Below, in pieces: positions 39,002 to 50,324 of a stretch of DNA of 64,000 bases. Position 1 is the stretch's first letter, and each line of letters begins with the position of its first letter. Under the pieces are notes generated by a model. The model worked only from the letters and a program-made list of their open reading frames with translations. It searched no databases and was not told where the DNA came from. This DNA is from Treponemataceae bacterium (GTDB lineage Bacteria > Spirochaetota > Spirochaetia > Treponematales > Rectinemataceae), in the NCBI GenBank assembly GCA_963667725.2, contig CAXXHO010000005.1, positions 1,184,001-1,248,000 of the forward strand, given 5' to 3'. A program made the translations under genes and the position numbers.

Positions 39002-40392
39002 CGGATCCCATCCTCCAGGCCAGGGAGGAACGCTGGACAAAAAAACTCGCTCTCGCGAGATCGCTTAAAGCCCGCTGTCACGGGCAGCCTGCTTCCCTGG
39101 CCGTTCTTACCTTGCGCATGCCTTCCCCGCTCCGGACTTCCGGACAGTTCGATGAGCTTGCCAGAATAGTCTTCCTGTCTTTTGCCGATGAGGTAGTCGA
39201 AAGCGATATCCGGGTTTTAGGCCAGGAGTTCAGGCTTGGAGCCGATGGTCCTGAAGGCTATTTAGCCGCAGAGGCCGATGCTCCGACGCTGAAACGCGCA
39301 GCGGTCGACCTTGAGGCCTGCGACCCCTGGGGAGAGCTTGTCGATATCGATATCATGGATTCGGAGGGAGAACCCTTCGGGCGAAAAGAACTTGGGATGG
39401 GACCGCGCGCCTGTCTCGTTTGCGGAAAAGAAGCGGCGTGTTGTTCGGCCGGCAGGACCCATGATCCTGATCTCGTGGCCGAGCGCGTCCGGGAAATCGC
39501 GAAACGTCCTCGCCTGTCTTTGAAAGGCATGGCTGAGCGCATTGGTCGGCTAGCGCTGACCGCAACACTTCTCGAGGCGGCGGCGGCGCCCAAGCCCGGC
39601 CTTGTCGATCCGCTTTCTCCCGGCGCCCATCGCGACATGGACTATTTTACCTTTCTGTCGAGCGCCGCCGCCCTCGGCCCATGGTTCGCGGAGTTCGCCA
39701 GGCTTGGCACTGGTCATCGCGGCGAACTCTCGGGCCTTCTCCCCATCCTTCGCGAAGCCGGGAAGGCCGCGGAGCGCGACATGTTCGCCGCAACGGGCGG
39801 CATCAATACGCATAAAGGCCTCATCTTCTCGATGGGGCTGCTCTGCGCAGGCGCCGGCCGCCTGGCGGCGGCCGGCGCCTCCCTTGCCCCCCAGACCTGC
39901 GCAGAACCCAGGCTAGTGGCTTCCCGCGCCGCCGACATTGTTCAAGGCATCACGCTCCGTGATTTCAACGGCATCGACAAAGGCAAAGCCACCGCCGGCG
40001 AAAGACTCTACGCGAGCGAAGGCGTTCGCGGCATCCGCGGCGAGGCCGAAGATGGCTTCCCCGCTGTCATCGAGCACGCCCTTCCTCGCCTTCGCGCAGG
40101 TCTCTCGGCCGGTCTCTCCATGAATGATGCCATGATCGACGCGCTTCTTGTCCTTTTCTCGGTGGTCGAGGACACGAATGTCCTTGGTCGCGCGGGCCGC
40201 GAAGGCTTGGACTTTCTCCGCGCCGAGGCGCACCGGGCCCTCGCGGCGGGAGGAATGGCCTCGGCCGGGGGACGCGAGGCCATTCTCGCCATGGACAAGA
40301 CCCTCAGCGCTCGCAATATAAGCCCGGGAGGTTGCGCCGACCTTCTCGCGCTCACCGTCTTCCTCGAGCAGCTTTCGACAGCTGGCAACTAG
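38998..40392 (+). CDS. citXG: CitX-CitG fusion (holo-ACP synthase + triphosphoribosyl-dephospho-CoA synthase)
   Basis: CitX part: AREER, DIDIM, RACLVCG..C..GRTH. CitG part: [32 protein letters not shown]. Confidence 0.9.
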   Translation: MTDPILQAREERWTKKLALARSLKARCHGQPASLAVLTLRMPSPLRTSGQFDELARIVFLSFADEVVESDIRVLGQEFRLGADGPEGYLAAEADAPTLKRAAVDLEACDPWGELVDIDIMDSEGEPFGRKELGMGPRACLVCGKEAACCSAGRTHDPDLVAERVREIAKRPRLSLKGMAERIGRLALTATLLEAAAAPKPGLVDPLSPGAHRDMDYFTFLSSAAALGPWFAEFARLGTGHRGELSGLLPILREAGKAAERDMFAATGGINTHKGLIFSMGLLCAGAGRLAAAGASLAPQTCAEPRLVASRAADIVQGITLRDFNGIDKGKATAGERLYASEGVRGIRGEAEDGFPAVIEHALPRLRAGLSAGLSMNDAMIDALLVLFSVVEDTNVLGRAGREGLDFLRAEAHRALAAGGMASAGGREAILAMDKTLSARNISPGGCADLLALTVFLEQLSTAGN

Positions 40393-40412
40393 CTCAATCC
40401 AGGAGGCAAACC

Positions 40413-41657
<1,245 letters not shown>

Positions 41658-41669
41658 GCGCCGGTCTTT

Positions 41670-42617
41670 TTAGGGTATCGGCTTTAGCCTTTCCTCGGCG
41701 GATTTCAGCGCCTCTTCCGCGGCGGGACGCCAGGAATGCCCGGGCGCCCGCTCGATGAATATCCGCAGGTCCGCGACGCATTTCCCAAAGTTTTGGGCAT
41801 AGAAATTCGCCATTCCGCGCAGGCAATAGGCGCTGGGGTCGTTCGGCCTCAGGGCCATATAGACTTCGATGGCTTTGAGGGCTTGCCGCGGCTCTACTTT
41901 CTGCCTGATCTGCGCCTCGAGGTACCTAGTTTCGGGATTGTTCGGCATCGCCCGCACCGCCGCGTCGATATCCCAGGAGGCCTGGTAGAAATATGGATAG
42001 TAGCTCGAGTCGGTTCTGGGGTAGGTCTCGGCGGAAGCATAGTACGCCAAGGCGGAGTAGTAAGAGAAGACCGGCGAAGCGTAGCGCTCTTTGCCGCTTT
42101 CGAGCGCGGTGATCGCGTAGCTAAGAGCCTTCCTGGTACTTTCAGGCGCGCTTTTCGCCACCTGCGGAAAAAGGATGTAATAATTGGCCTGGCCGATCGC
42201 CAGGTAGGCGAGGGCCTGGTCGCGGGGAGAATCGAGTGGCGCCCCTCTCAATTTTTCCTGAAGCTCCATGAAGGAATAGTAGAGTGCGCAGAGCATGAAG
42301 CCATCCATAGCCGAGCAGCTATCCTTCTCGCCTATCATTTGCGCGTAATTGAGAAGTCTGTCCCGAGCCGTCCCCCAGTCTTCCTCTTCCCAAGAGCCCA
42401 CGGCTGAGCCCAGCACTTCCAAAGAGATTTCATATTCCGGGATCGTCGACACCACCGCGGCGAGGTTCTTGAGCACGGGGAGTGGGTCATAAGGTTTCCT
42501 TGCAAAGGATGAGACGAGATAGAGAGGCAGTTGGTCGGCGACCGGTTGCGCTTGGGCGCTCGCCGTCGCCAGGAAAATCCCGATCGCGCAAACGAGGATC
42601 ACGCCGAACTTTTTCAT
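41670..42617 (-). CDS. Exported TPR-like helical-repeat protein
   Basis: Signal peptide; C-terminal TPR-like units (PNNPETRYLEAQ, PNDPSAYCLRGM). Confidence 0.7.
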   Translation of the reverse strand: MKKFGVILVCAIGIFLATASAQAQPVADQLPLYLVSSFARKPYDPLPVLKNLAAVVSTIPEYEISLEVLGSAVGSWEEEDWGTARDRLLNYAQMIGEKDSCSAMDGFMLCALYYSFMELQEKLRGAPLDSPRDQALAYLAIGQANYYILFPQVAKSAPESTRKALSYAITALESGKERYASPVFSYYSALAYYASAETYPRTDSSYYPYFYQASWDIDAAVRAMPNNPETRYLEAQIRQKVEPRQALKAIEVYMALRPNDPSAYCLRGMANFYAQNFGKCVADLRIFIERAPGHSWRPAAEEALKSAEERLKPIP

Positions 42618-42854
42618 ATCGAGCCTCCACCGCGTTTTCTATTATGGATACCGCCGCATCCGGCGGTTAATATGCGTTATTTTCTCAGGACCTCGCGGCG
42701 AAGTAAAGCGAAAAGCGCGAAACAGTGGCCGTCTCGTGCCGATCGATGGCGGGGCCGCGCCCGATTCGTACTGGCCTGATTTGCCCCAGTCTGTATTGGC
42801 TCGCCCGTCTTGGCCCGCTTGCCCCTTAGCCCCTCCTCGGGCATACTTTAGGCC

Positions 42855-43295
42855 ATGGAAGAACGATCACCCTATCGCCACAAAGCGCAGTATTACGAAA
42901 CCGACCAGATGGGCGTCGTCCACCACTCGAACTATCTCCGCTGGTTCGAGGAAGCCCGCACCGATTTGCTCGAGCGAGCCGGCCTCGGCTACGACAAGAT
43001 GGAAGAGCGGGGCATCATGGTCCCGGTGCTCGCGGCTTCCTGCGAGTACAAATCAAGCGTTCGCTATGGTGAGAGCGTCGCCATCATCCCGAGGGTGGAG
43101 GCGTATACGGGGCTGCGGATGACTCTATCGTATCGCGTCCTTGACGTTGAGAGCGGCGAGCTGCGCGCCACGGGCGAGACGCGCCACGCTTTTCTCGATC
43201 GCGATTTCAGGCCCTCGTCCCTGAGGCGAAACCATCCCGACGTGGATGAGCTGATGATAAACCTGACCAACGCCGCTTTAGCGCCTATTTCCTGA
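42855..43295 (+). CDS. Acyl-CoA thioesterase (YbgC/4HBT family)
   Basis: YYETDQMGVVHHSNYLRWFEEART motif. Confidence 0.92.
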   Translation: MEERSPYRHKAQYYETDQMGVVHHSNYLRWFEEARTDLLERAGLGYDKMEERGIMVPVLAASCEYKSSVRYGESVAIIPRVEAYTGLRMTLSYRVLDVESGELRATGETRHAFLDRDFRPSSLRRNHPDVDELMINLTNAALAPIS

Positions 43296-43869
43296 GAGAC
43301 TGTTCGGATTCCTCAAATTCAGGGCCGCCGTCGAGCATAAGCCCCATCGCGTGCAGGTCGAAAAATCGGCCGTCAATGGATATTTCGGCGTGCAGGGTGC
43401 CCTCGAGCGCGAAACCTTTTTTCCTGTAGAGCGCTATCGCCCTATCGTTATCCACGCGGACATGGAGATCGATCTTGTGAATGACCGACGTCTCCATAGC
43501 CCATTTGATCAGCGTGTCGATCATCGCGCCGCCCGCGCCGAGGCCCCAGAATTCCTTGCGCACCGACAGGCCGAATTCGCCCGCATGCCTCGTCCGCGGC
43601 CGCTTCCCCGCCGCAAAATTGAGCGCCGCCACGATCCTGCCGCCCACGAGTCCCAAAAAGTAGACCTGCCCGGCGGCCGCGGCGGCCCCGCGCAGGAAGG
43701 CTTCCTCCTCCGCCAGCGTCATGCCGAACTCCCCCGGCCCGAAGGTGAGGTTGTCCGACTCGCCGCAGACCTCTTCCACGTAGGCTATGAGGGCACCCGC
43801 GTCCTCAGGCGAGGCTTCGCGAATATCCATGACCTGACCGTTTTTCAGCGCGATGGCGATACCATCCAT
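43285..43869 (-). CDS. GNAT family N-acetyltransferase
   Basis: GLSVRKEFWGLGAG and NDRAIALYRKKGF motifs; ATG 43869 behind GGAGG. Confidence 0.9.
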   Translation of the reverse strand: MDGIAIALKNGQVMDIREASPEDAGALIAYVEEVCGESDNLTFGPGEFGMTLAEEEAFLRGAAAAAGQVYFLGLVGGRIVAALNFAAGKRPRTRHAGEFGLSVRKEFWGLGAGGAMIDTLIKWAMETSVIHKIDLHVRVDNDRAIALYRKKGFALEGTLHAEISIDGRFFDLHAMGLMLDGGPEFEESEQSLRK

Positions 43870-44085
43870 TAAAGTCCTCCACGACAGTCCGAAATATTGC
43901 ATGCCACTCTCAAAGCTGGTTTGATTAATGTTCGGCAACAATGGCGACAGGCCTTATCTCGCCGATGTTTCCAAGTATACGATTACTGTCATTTCGCGCA
44001 TGGTGCCGGATATCGCCGACCAGTTCAGGAAGCCCTGCCGCCGAGCAAATCGCCTCTTGCGTTGATCGACAAAACAGTATACTCA

Positions 44086-44150
44086 TCTTGAAGAAGTTGA
44101 GGCCAGGCGACAAGCGTCGCCGGCCATAAAGTCGATCTCTTCAGGAGAGC
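44086..44150 (+). promoter_or_regulatory. Structured 5' leader, candidate ion-sensing riboswitch
   Basis: Nested stems: outer TCTTGAAGA/TCTTCAGGA abutting the RBS, inner GGCCAGGCGAC-AAGC-GTCGCCGGCC, separated by an internal loop. Confidence 0.4.
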
Positions 44151-44155
44151 TTTCC

Positions 44156-45442
44156 ATGATGACCTTCGCCATCGTGCTGTTCGCCATCACCTACGTCGCC
44201 CTCCTTGTCCTGCCGAACCTCCGGGCCTACATAGCCCTCGCCTCGGCCGCCGTCTTTGTCATAAGCGGGATTCTGCCCGTCGGCGAGGTATTGGGCGCAG
44301 TGGACTGGAACGTCATCATGATGATCATGGGAACGATGGGGGTGGTCTCGCTTTTCATCAACTCCAGAATGCCATCCCTCCTGGCCGATATCATCATAGA
44401 CAGAATGCCGAACGTCAAATGGGCTGTCATCGCCCTCGCGCTCTTCGCGGGCATCATTTCCGCCTTCGTCGACAACGTGGCCACGGTGCTTATGGTCGCC
44501 CCCGTGGCTATCACCATCTGCAGGAAACTCAAGATTTCTCCCGTCAAATCCATCATCGCGATCGCCATTTCCTCCAACCTCCAGGGGGCGGCGACACTCG
44601 TCGGCGATACGACCTCCATCCTTCTCGGAGGCCACGCCGGCATGAATTTTCTGGACTTCTTCGTCTACCGGGGCAAGCCTGGCCTGTTCTGGGTAGTCCA
44701 GGCGGGGGCTCTCGTTTCCATGGTCGTTCTCCTCGTTCTCTTCCGCAAGGATAAAGCCCTCGTCAACGCCGACGAACGCACTGTCGTGGAGGACTATGTC
44801 CCGACGGCGCTCCTCCTCGGTACGGTCATCCTCCTCATCCTGGCTTCCATCATGCCCAAGGAAGGGATGTCGGCCTTCATCGTCGATCATATCAACGGAC
44901 TTATCTGCGTTGGATTGATGCTTGTCGGTTTCATCTACAATATCATCAAGGAGAAAAACGCGAGGATAGTCGTAGAGATAATAAAGGAAATCGACTACTT
45001 CACCCTTCTCCTTCTGGCTGGCCTCTTCATCGTCATCGCCGGTATCACGGAGGCTGGCGTGGTAGAAGCTATCAGCGAACTCTTCGTAAGAGCCAGCGGC
45101 AACAACGTCTTCCTTATCTACACGCTGATCGTATGGGTATCCGTCCTCCTCTCCGCTTTCATCGACAACATCCCATACGTGGCCACAATGCTGCCCGTGG
45201 CCGGCGGCATAGCGGCGCAGCTCGGCATCGATCCGACCCTGATTTACTTTGGATTGCTGGTGGGGGCGACTTTGGGCGGAAACATGACGCCGATCGGGGC
45301 TTCGGCCAATATCACCGGGCTCGGTATCCTGAGAAAAGAGGGCTACGAGGTCAAACCGGCCCAATTCATGAAGATAAGCATTCCCTTCACTCTTGCCGCC
45401 GTAACGTCCGGATATCTGCTCGTCTGGCTCATCTGGGCCTAA
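44156..45442 (+). CDS. ArsB/NhaD/SLC13-superfamily ion transporter
   Basis: Duplicated SAFVDNVAT / SAFIDNIPY motifs, GAATLVGD and GGNMTPIGASAN. Confidence 0.85.
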   Translation: MMTFAIVLFAITYVALLVLPNLRAYIALASAAVFVISGILPVGEVLGAVDWNVIMMIMGTMGVVSLFINSRMPSLLADIIIDRMPNVKWAVIALALFAGIISAFVDNVATVLMVAPVAITICRKLKISPVKSIIAIAISSNLQGAATLVGDTTSILLGGHAGMNFLDFFVYRGKPGLFWVVQAGALVSMVVLLVLFRKDKALVNADERTVVEDYVPTALLLGTVILLILASIMPKEGMSAFIVDHINGLICVGLMLVGFIYNIIKEKNARIVVEIIKEIDYFTLLLLAGLFIVIAGITEAGVVEAISELFVRASGNNVFLIYTLIVWVSVLLSAFIDNIPYVATMLPVAGGIAAQLGIDPTLIYFGLLVGATLGGNMTPIGASANITGLGILRKEGYEVKPAQFMKISIPFTLAAVTSGYLLVWLIWA

Positions 45443-45459
45443 GGCGACTGGAGAGGCGG

Positions 45460-47202
45460 TCAGAACCCCGAAATGAGCGCCTTGTACCAATCCCAGTTCT
45501 GCGCCGATGTATAGGTCGCCAGGCTCGCCGCCGGTACCTTGATCGAAGTCAGTTCCCATCGCGGCGGAAAACAGGAACCTCCCATGTTCGGCGGAACGAG
45601 AGCCTTGACGGTAATGGTCTTGAGATTAGGGCAGGGATTGAAGGCGTTGTTCAGCACGCTCCGGATCGTGGACGGAAGCACAAGGGTCGCTATGCCAGCG
45701 TTTTTAAAAGCCTCATCCTCTATCGCCAGCACGCCTTCCGATATCGTCAGGCTTCTCAAGCCCGTGCAGGAGAAGAAAGCGGTTCTCCCCACCGTCGAGA
45801 TATTCCCGGGAATGACGAGGTTGTCGAGCTTCTGACAGAGCCCGAAGGCATATTCGCCGATCAGGGTTCTCGCCTGGCGGGGGAGCCGCAGGCTCGCGAG
45901 GTTGGAACAGCCGCGGAAAGCCCATTCGCCTATGCTCCTGAGCTGATCGGGAAGTACGAGATTGACGAGGGCGATGCAGTTTTCGAAGGCGAAGTCGCCA
46001 ATCGACAGAAGCGTCTGCGGAAGATTGATCAGCCGCAGGGCGCCGCAGTCCTGGAAGGCGTTATCGTCGATGGAGCGGATGCCTTCGCGCAAGGTTACGC
46101 GCTCGAGGGCGGAGCAGCCGTGGAAGGCTCTGAACTGAATGGCGCCTGTCCCCCCGATGGTCACTGCCCGCAGACCCGAGGAATCCCTGCACACGAATTC
46201 CCCGATCGCGACGACGCTATCCGGAATGACCAGGCTTTCGAGACCCGCGCAATCCGCGAAGGCCTCCCGTCCGACGCTGACGAGGCCCATCGGAAGGTCG
46301 ATCGCTATCGGGGCGTCGAGACCCCTGAAGGCGCCCTCATCCAGGTAGCGGAGCGAGGAGGGAAGCTCCAATGTTTCCAGGTTCGAACAGCCTCGGAACG
46401 TTTCCTCCTGTATTCTCGAGACGCCCTCGGGGATGACGACGCGCGCGAGTGAAGCGCAGTCCGCGAAGGCGAAGGGGCCGATGGACGTGACCGATGCCGG
46501 AAGGACCATATCCGTCAGGCTCGAGCAGCCGGCAAAGAGCGATGCTGGGATACTCGTTATCCTCTCGGGCAGATCGATTTCCGATAGGCTTGCGCAGCCC
46601 TCAAAAGCGGCGCTCTCTATGCCGCGAAGCTGGGAAGAAAAGGAAATGGATTCCAGGACGGCACATCCGGAAAAAGCCTCCTGCGGGATGATTTGGCAGC
46701 TTTCGGGCAGCTCAATGGACCTCAGCAGCGAGCAGCCCTGGAAGGCTCGCGCCCCGATCGCGGTGACTAACTCCGGTATGTTTATCGAGGTCAGGCTTGA
46801 GCAGTCTTTGAAAGCTTCCCATCCGATGCTATTTATGGTCTCGGGCAGGACGACCTCTTCGAGGATATCGAGACCTTCGAAGGCCTGGCTGGATATGTAG
46901 CGGACGGGCTTGCCCTCCCATGTCGAGGGGATGACAAGCTTCCTGCATTGCGCGGCGTCTTCTCCCGCGGCGACAGAGTAGGAAGCCCATTGATAGGCAT
47001 AGGTGAAGCTGAGCGCCGTGTCGGGCTGCGCGTCTTCGGGAGCGACCGCGATGCCGGGCTTCTTCATGATGGAAGCTGAGGGAGGGATTTTAGGCTGGAT
47101 TTTTTGTCCTGGCGTGATTTTCGTCTGGCCCGAAAGCGGCATCAAGGAAAAGGCAACGAGGAGCAGAGCGGATACCCGGGAGCTGAGGCTCGTTTTCATC
47201 AT
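45460..47202 (-). CDS. BspA-type (TpLRR) leucine-rich-repeat surface protein
   Basis: Signal peptide followed by many ~23-aa repeats of the form IGxxAFxGCxxLxxIxLPxxL. Confidence 0.92.
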   Translation of the reverse strand: MMKTSLSSRVSALLLVAFSLMPLSGQTKITPGQKIQPKIPPSASIMKKPGIAVAPEDAQPDTALSFTYAYQWASYSVAAGEDAAQCRKLVIPSTWEGKPVRYISSQAFEGLDILEEVVLPETINSIGWEAFKDCSSLTSINIPELVTAIGARAFQGCSLLRSIELPESCQIIPQEAFSGCAVLESISFSSQLRGIESAAFEGCASLSEIDLPERITSIPASLFAGCSSLTDMVLPASVTSIGPFAFADCASLARVVIPEGVSRIQEETFRGCSNLETLELPSSLRYLDEGAFRGLDAPIAIDLPMGLVSVGREAFADCAGLESLVIPDSVVAIGEFVCRDSSGLRAVTIGGTGAIQFRAFHGCSALERVTLREGIRSIDDNAFQDCGALRLINLPQTLLSIGDFAFENCIALVNLVLPDQLRSIGEWAFRGCSNLASLRLPRQARTLIGEYAFGLCQKLDNLVIPGNISTVGRTAFFSCTGLRSLTISEGVLAIEDEAFKNAGIATLVLPSTIRSVLNNAFNPCPNLKTITVKALVPPNMGGSCFPPRWELTSIKVPAASLATYTSAQNWDWYKALISGF

Positions 47203-47283
47203 GTCATTACCCCGTATTCGCGATGATATCCCATCTTTGCGCGTTTTTCCGCCGATGTAAAGCAAAGAATGCGGCAGTCTTCT

Positions 47284-47790
47284 TTATCCGAGGATTTCCG
47301 CGACGAAGGATTCGACATCCTTTTCGTCCCGGGCGACGCGCAGGTTTTTCCCTTCGGCCCGGAGCCGCTCAACGCAGGCCGAGATCTTCACGATCTGCTT
47401 CCTGTTCCAAGCGAGAAGATCGGTCAGGCTCCTGAGGTTTTCGATTTTATTCTCGCGGTCCATTCCAAGCTTCCTGCGGATGAATCTCGCGACGATCCTC
47501 CTGCGCAGCTCGTTCAGCCCGACATCCAGGTACAGGATAATATCGGCCTCCTCCATTCCTCGTCGCGGCCATTCCACATATGCTCCCTCGATGATCCAGG
47601 AATCGCGCGCGAGCGTCGAATCGAGCAGGGAGTCCCTTTCCGGAGCCGGTCTTTTCACGCCGTAGTTTTTCCCGTTGTTTACCCAGAACAGGTCGTCCAG
47701 GTTGGTCATCTCCATTCCCAGGCCGAGGGCGATGCGCTTCGCCAGCGTCGTCTTGCCCGAGCCCGCCGCGCCGATTATGAAGAGCTTCAT
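47284..47790 (-). CDS. Adenylate-kinase-like P-loop protein (FlaR-like)
   Basis: IIGAAGSGKTTLA, LDDLFW and WIIEG motifs; ATGA overlap with the upstream gene. Confidence 0.82.
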   Translation of the reverse strand: MKLFIIGAAGSGKTTLAKRIALGLGMEMTNLDDLFWVNNGKNYGVKRPAPERDSLLDSTLARDSWIIEGAYVEWPRRGMEEADIILYLDVGLNELRRRIVARFIRRKLGMDRENKIENLRSLTDLLAWNRKQIVKISACVERLRAEGKNLRVARDEKDVESFVAEILG

Positions 47791-48878
47791 CTGCGTTCCC
47801 GCCCCTTGGCGGGCGTCAGCGATAGAAGGTCGCCCGCGACCTCGAGACCGGCGAGGGGGGATTCGGTCTCGTAGACCGCGGAGCCGGGGCGGGAATAGCG
47901 GATCGAGAGCCGAGCGTCCACAGCCTCGGCGATGCGGCGGGAGAGCAATCCCGCGACGGGAGCCCGAAGGATCCCCCCGCGCATCTTCGCGCCGCGTATC
48001 GTCGCGCCGCGTATCGTCGCGCCGTGTGACCTTGTCACGCTGATCTCCAGCGATTCGCCGGCACTTTCCCAACCATTAACCTTTATGCCGCATACAGTCG
48101 TGCCACGGATCTCCTTTATGCCTCGAGATATCCTGCACCTGACTTTTTCATCGGTGACCGACAGGTCCATAATTTTTGATCCGTTGTAGGTCGTAAATAA
48201 ATGTTTTTCGTTGTCATGGGAGAATACGCAGAGAAAACCCCTGAAGGATGATCCAAACCAGGGGATTTTAGCCACCGACAGCATCAGCGAATCGCCGCGG
48301 CGGGGAAAATCGTTTGATTGCGTCCAGATCCAGGATTCAGGCATCGAACTGCCCCAGTCCTTTTCGATATAACCCCTGCCGTCGTCGATCGATACCTGGC
48401 GCCCGTCCACTTCGAGGCGGCCGTCCACCCTGTGGTCGAGACTCACGAGACCATGGCAGCACTCCATTCCCGGCATGAAGGTGAAAGGACCCATAACCCC
48501 CGGGCTCCAGAAGGGGAATCGCGGGATCGAAAAGCCGCCGTACGCGAAGGCGCCAGAAATCCGGGAAGTCCCATCGCTCAGATCGAATTCGATGCCTCTG
48601 TCGCTGAACCGATTCTTTCCCACACGTATGTCGAGACCGGCCTCGGATGCATGAAATTCTTCCCTAGAGTACTGGAACCACCAGGATTTTCCCGTCTTGC
48701 CCTCGATGACCTGGACGAAGGCATAGCCTGAACCCTTTTCACTGCCCAAGGCGATTCCGGGGATGAATGACCAGACGCCTTCGGCGATGCCGCCCGAATG
48801 CTTGAAATACCAGCCTTCGAAGTAATCGCGTTTTTTCCTTCCCCCCTGGAATGAAGCGGGCGACCAAAGATTTCTCAT
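47787..48878 (-). CDS. Tocopherol cyclase family protein
   Basis: YFEGWYFK, MGPFTFMPGMECCHG, GYIEKDWGSSMP and WIWTQSN motifs. Confidence 0.85.
   Translation of the reverse strand: MRNLWSPASFQGGRKKRDYFEGWYFKHSGGIAEGVWSFIPGIALGSEKGSGYAFVQVIEGKTGKSWWFQYSREEFHASEAGLDIRVGKNRFSDRGIEFDLSDGTSRISGAFAYGGFSIPRFPFWSPGVMGPFTFMPGMECCHGLVSLDHRVDGRLEVDGRQVSIDDGRGYIEKDWGSSMPESWIWTQSNDFPRRGDSLMLSVAKIPWFGSSFRGFLCVFSHDNEKHLFTTYNGSKIMDLSVTDEKVRCRISRGIKEIRGTTVCGIKVNGWESAGESLEISVTRSHGATIRGATIRGAKMRGGILRAPVAGLLSRRIAEAVDARLSIRYSRPGSAVYETESPLAGLEVAGDLLSLTPAKGRERR
47972..48024. repeat. 15-bp in-frame tandem repeat (GATIR-GATIR-GAKMR)
   Basis: TCGCGCCGCGTATCG x2, plus a partial and a degenerate copy. Confidence 0.8.
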
Positions 48879-49127
48879 CGAAAATGCTCCTTCGACTCCG
48901 CGGAAAAAATGTGCGGTATTGGGCTTGAAACAAAGATAGTCTATCGCCCCCATGGGTTCAATGGCATTGGCGTCCGCCGGATTCCTGAACGGAAACGCAA
49001 GGGGGACGCTTGCTCGTCTTTACTGGAATTTAATGCGCTGCTAACCGCATTTAAAAACTGATCCCGTACACTACGCCCGTCATCGGCGCGCCGCGTTGAT
49101 GACGCAAAACCCAATTTGGAGGAAAGA

Positions 49128-50105
49128 ATGAAGAAGATCGCGTCACTCCTGCTCGTCCTGGCCTTTGTTGCGGCTAGTGCGTTCGCCCAGGTTTCGGGGG
49201 CTATGGTCACCTTCGGACTCATAAGCGACACCCATGTCTGCGACAAGCCCGACCAGTCCACCGCCATCGCGTTGAATGCCTCACCCCGTTACTTCACGGG
49301 AGGGCTCGCCAAGATCGAAGCCTTCTCGGCGGCGATGAATGCGGCCGGCGCCGATTTCGTGGCCGAGCTTGGCGACTTCACCGACAACCCCGCAACGCCT
49401 GGCTTGACTTCAGTCCAGCGCCGAGAGACCGCCATGGGTTTCATGCGCGCGGCCGAGGCCAAGCTCAGCCTCTTCAAAGGTCCCCGTTACCACGTGTTCG
49501 GCAATCACGACACCGACCAGGCCTCCAAGGCGGATTTTCTATCCATCGCGAAAAATACCGATATAGCGCCTGGCGCAAGCTACTACGGCTTTGACAAGGG
49601 CGGCGTCCACTTCATCGTCCTCGATTCCAGCTTCAGGGCGGACGGCGCATCCTACTCCGGCATACCAGGCGAATCCGGAGCCGGATACACATGGGACGAC
49701 GCCAACATCTCAGCCAATGAATTGAAGTGGCTGGCCGCCGACCTCGAGGCCGCCAAGGCTCCTGTAGTGATCCTCTCCCACCAACAGCTCAACAACCAGG
49801 AGCTCATCGACTCCGCCTACGATCCCAAGCACACCGTGCGCAACGCTTCCGTAGTCCGCGGCATTCTCGAGACCAGCGGTAAAGTACTTGCCGTCTTCGG
49901 CGGCCATTACCACGACGGCGGTTACCAGGAAATCAGCGGCATCAAATATATCGTCCTCCAGGCGAACGCCGCCTATGGTAACGATGCTTCCTACCACAAC
50001 CAGTACTCCACCGTGAAAATCTTCTCCGAAGGGAACAAATACACCCTTGCCCTGAGCGGTGCCGGCATTCAGCGAAGCTACGCTTTCTCTAAAATCCTTT
50101 ACTGA
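49128..50105 (+). CDS. Exported calcineurin-like metallophosphoesterase
   Basis: Signal peptide; DTH, GDFTD, GNHD, SHQ and GHYH motifs. Confidence 0.88.
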   Translation: MKKIASLLLVLAFVAASAFAQVSGAMVTFGLISDTHVCDKPDQSTAIALNASPRYFTGGLAKIEAFSAAMNAAGADFVAELGDFTDNPATPGLTSVQRRETAMGFMRAAEAKLSLFKGPRYHVFGNHDTDQASKADFLSIAKNTDIAPGASYYGFDKGGVHFIVLDSSFRADGASYSGIPGESGAGYTWDDANISANELKWLAADLEAAKAPVVILSHQQLNNQELIDSAYDPKHTVRNASVVRGILETSGKVLAVFGGHYHDGGYQEISGIKYIVLQANAAYGNDASYHNQYSTVKIFSEGNKYTLALSGAGIQRSYAFSKILY

Positions 50106-50123
50106 TCCAAACAGCATTAGGTT

Positions 50124-50163
50124 AGGGGGGCGCCGGGCAAATCCTGGCGCCCCCTCATTTTTT
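50124..50163 (+). terminator. Rho-independent terminator
   Basis: GGGGGCGCCGGG-loop-CCTGGCGCCCCC followed by a T run. Confidence 0.75.
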
Positions 50164-50324
50164 CAGTCAAGGAGCCGACGTCCCCATCGCGTTCCTTCCA
50201 AATAGTACGCCTTGTGAAAGGGGTATGACAAAAAGTCGAAATATGTTAAATTGTCGAAGTCGGAGAGTTGTCGCCGAGCTGTCTTTAGACCAGCGGCTTG
50301 TCTAGGATATAGAGGAGAAATTCT

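Noticed and set aside
45460..47000. Periodic DNA similarity suggesting an array
   Set aside because: It is explained by protein-level LRR repeats; there are no identical repeats with unique spacers, so it is not CRISPR.
50170..50324. Possible riboswitch upstream of the nitronate monooxygenase-like gene
   Set aside because: Only weak pairing is present, with no conserved motif that I can recognise.
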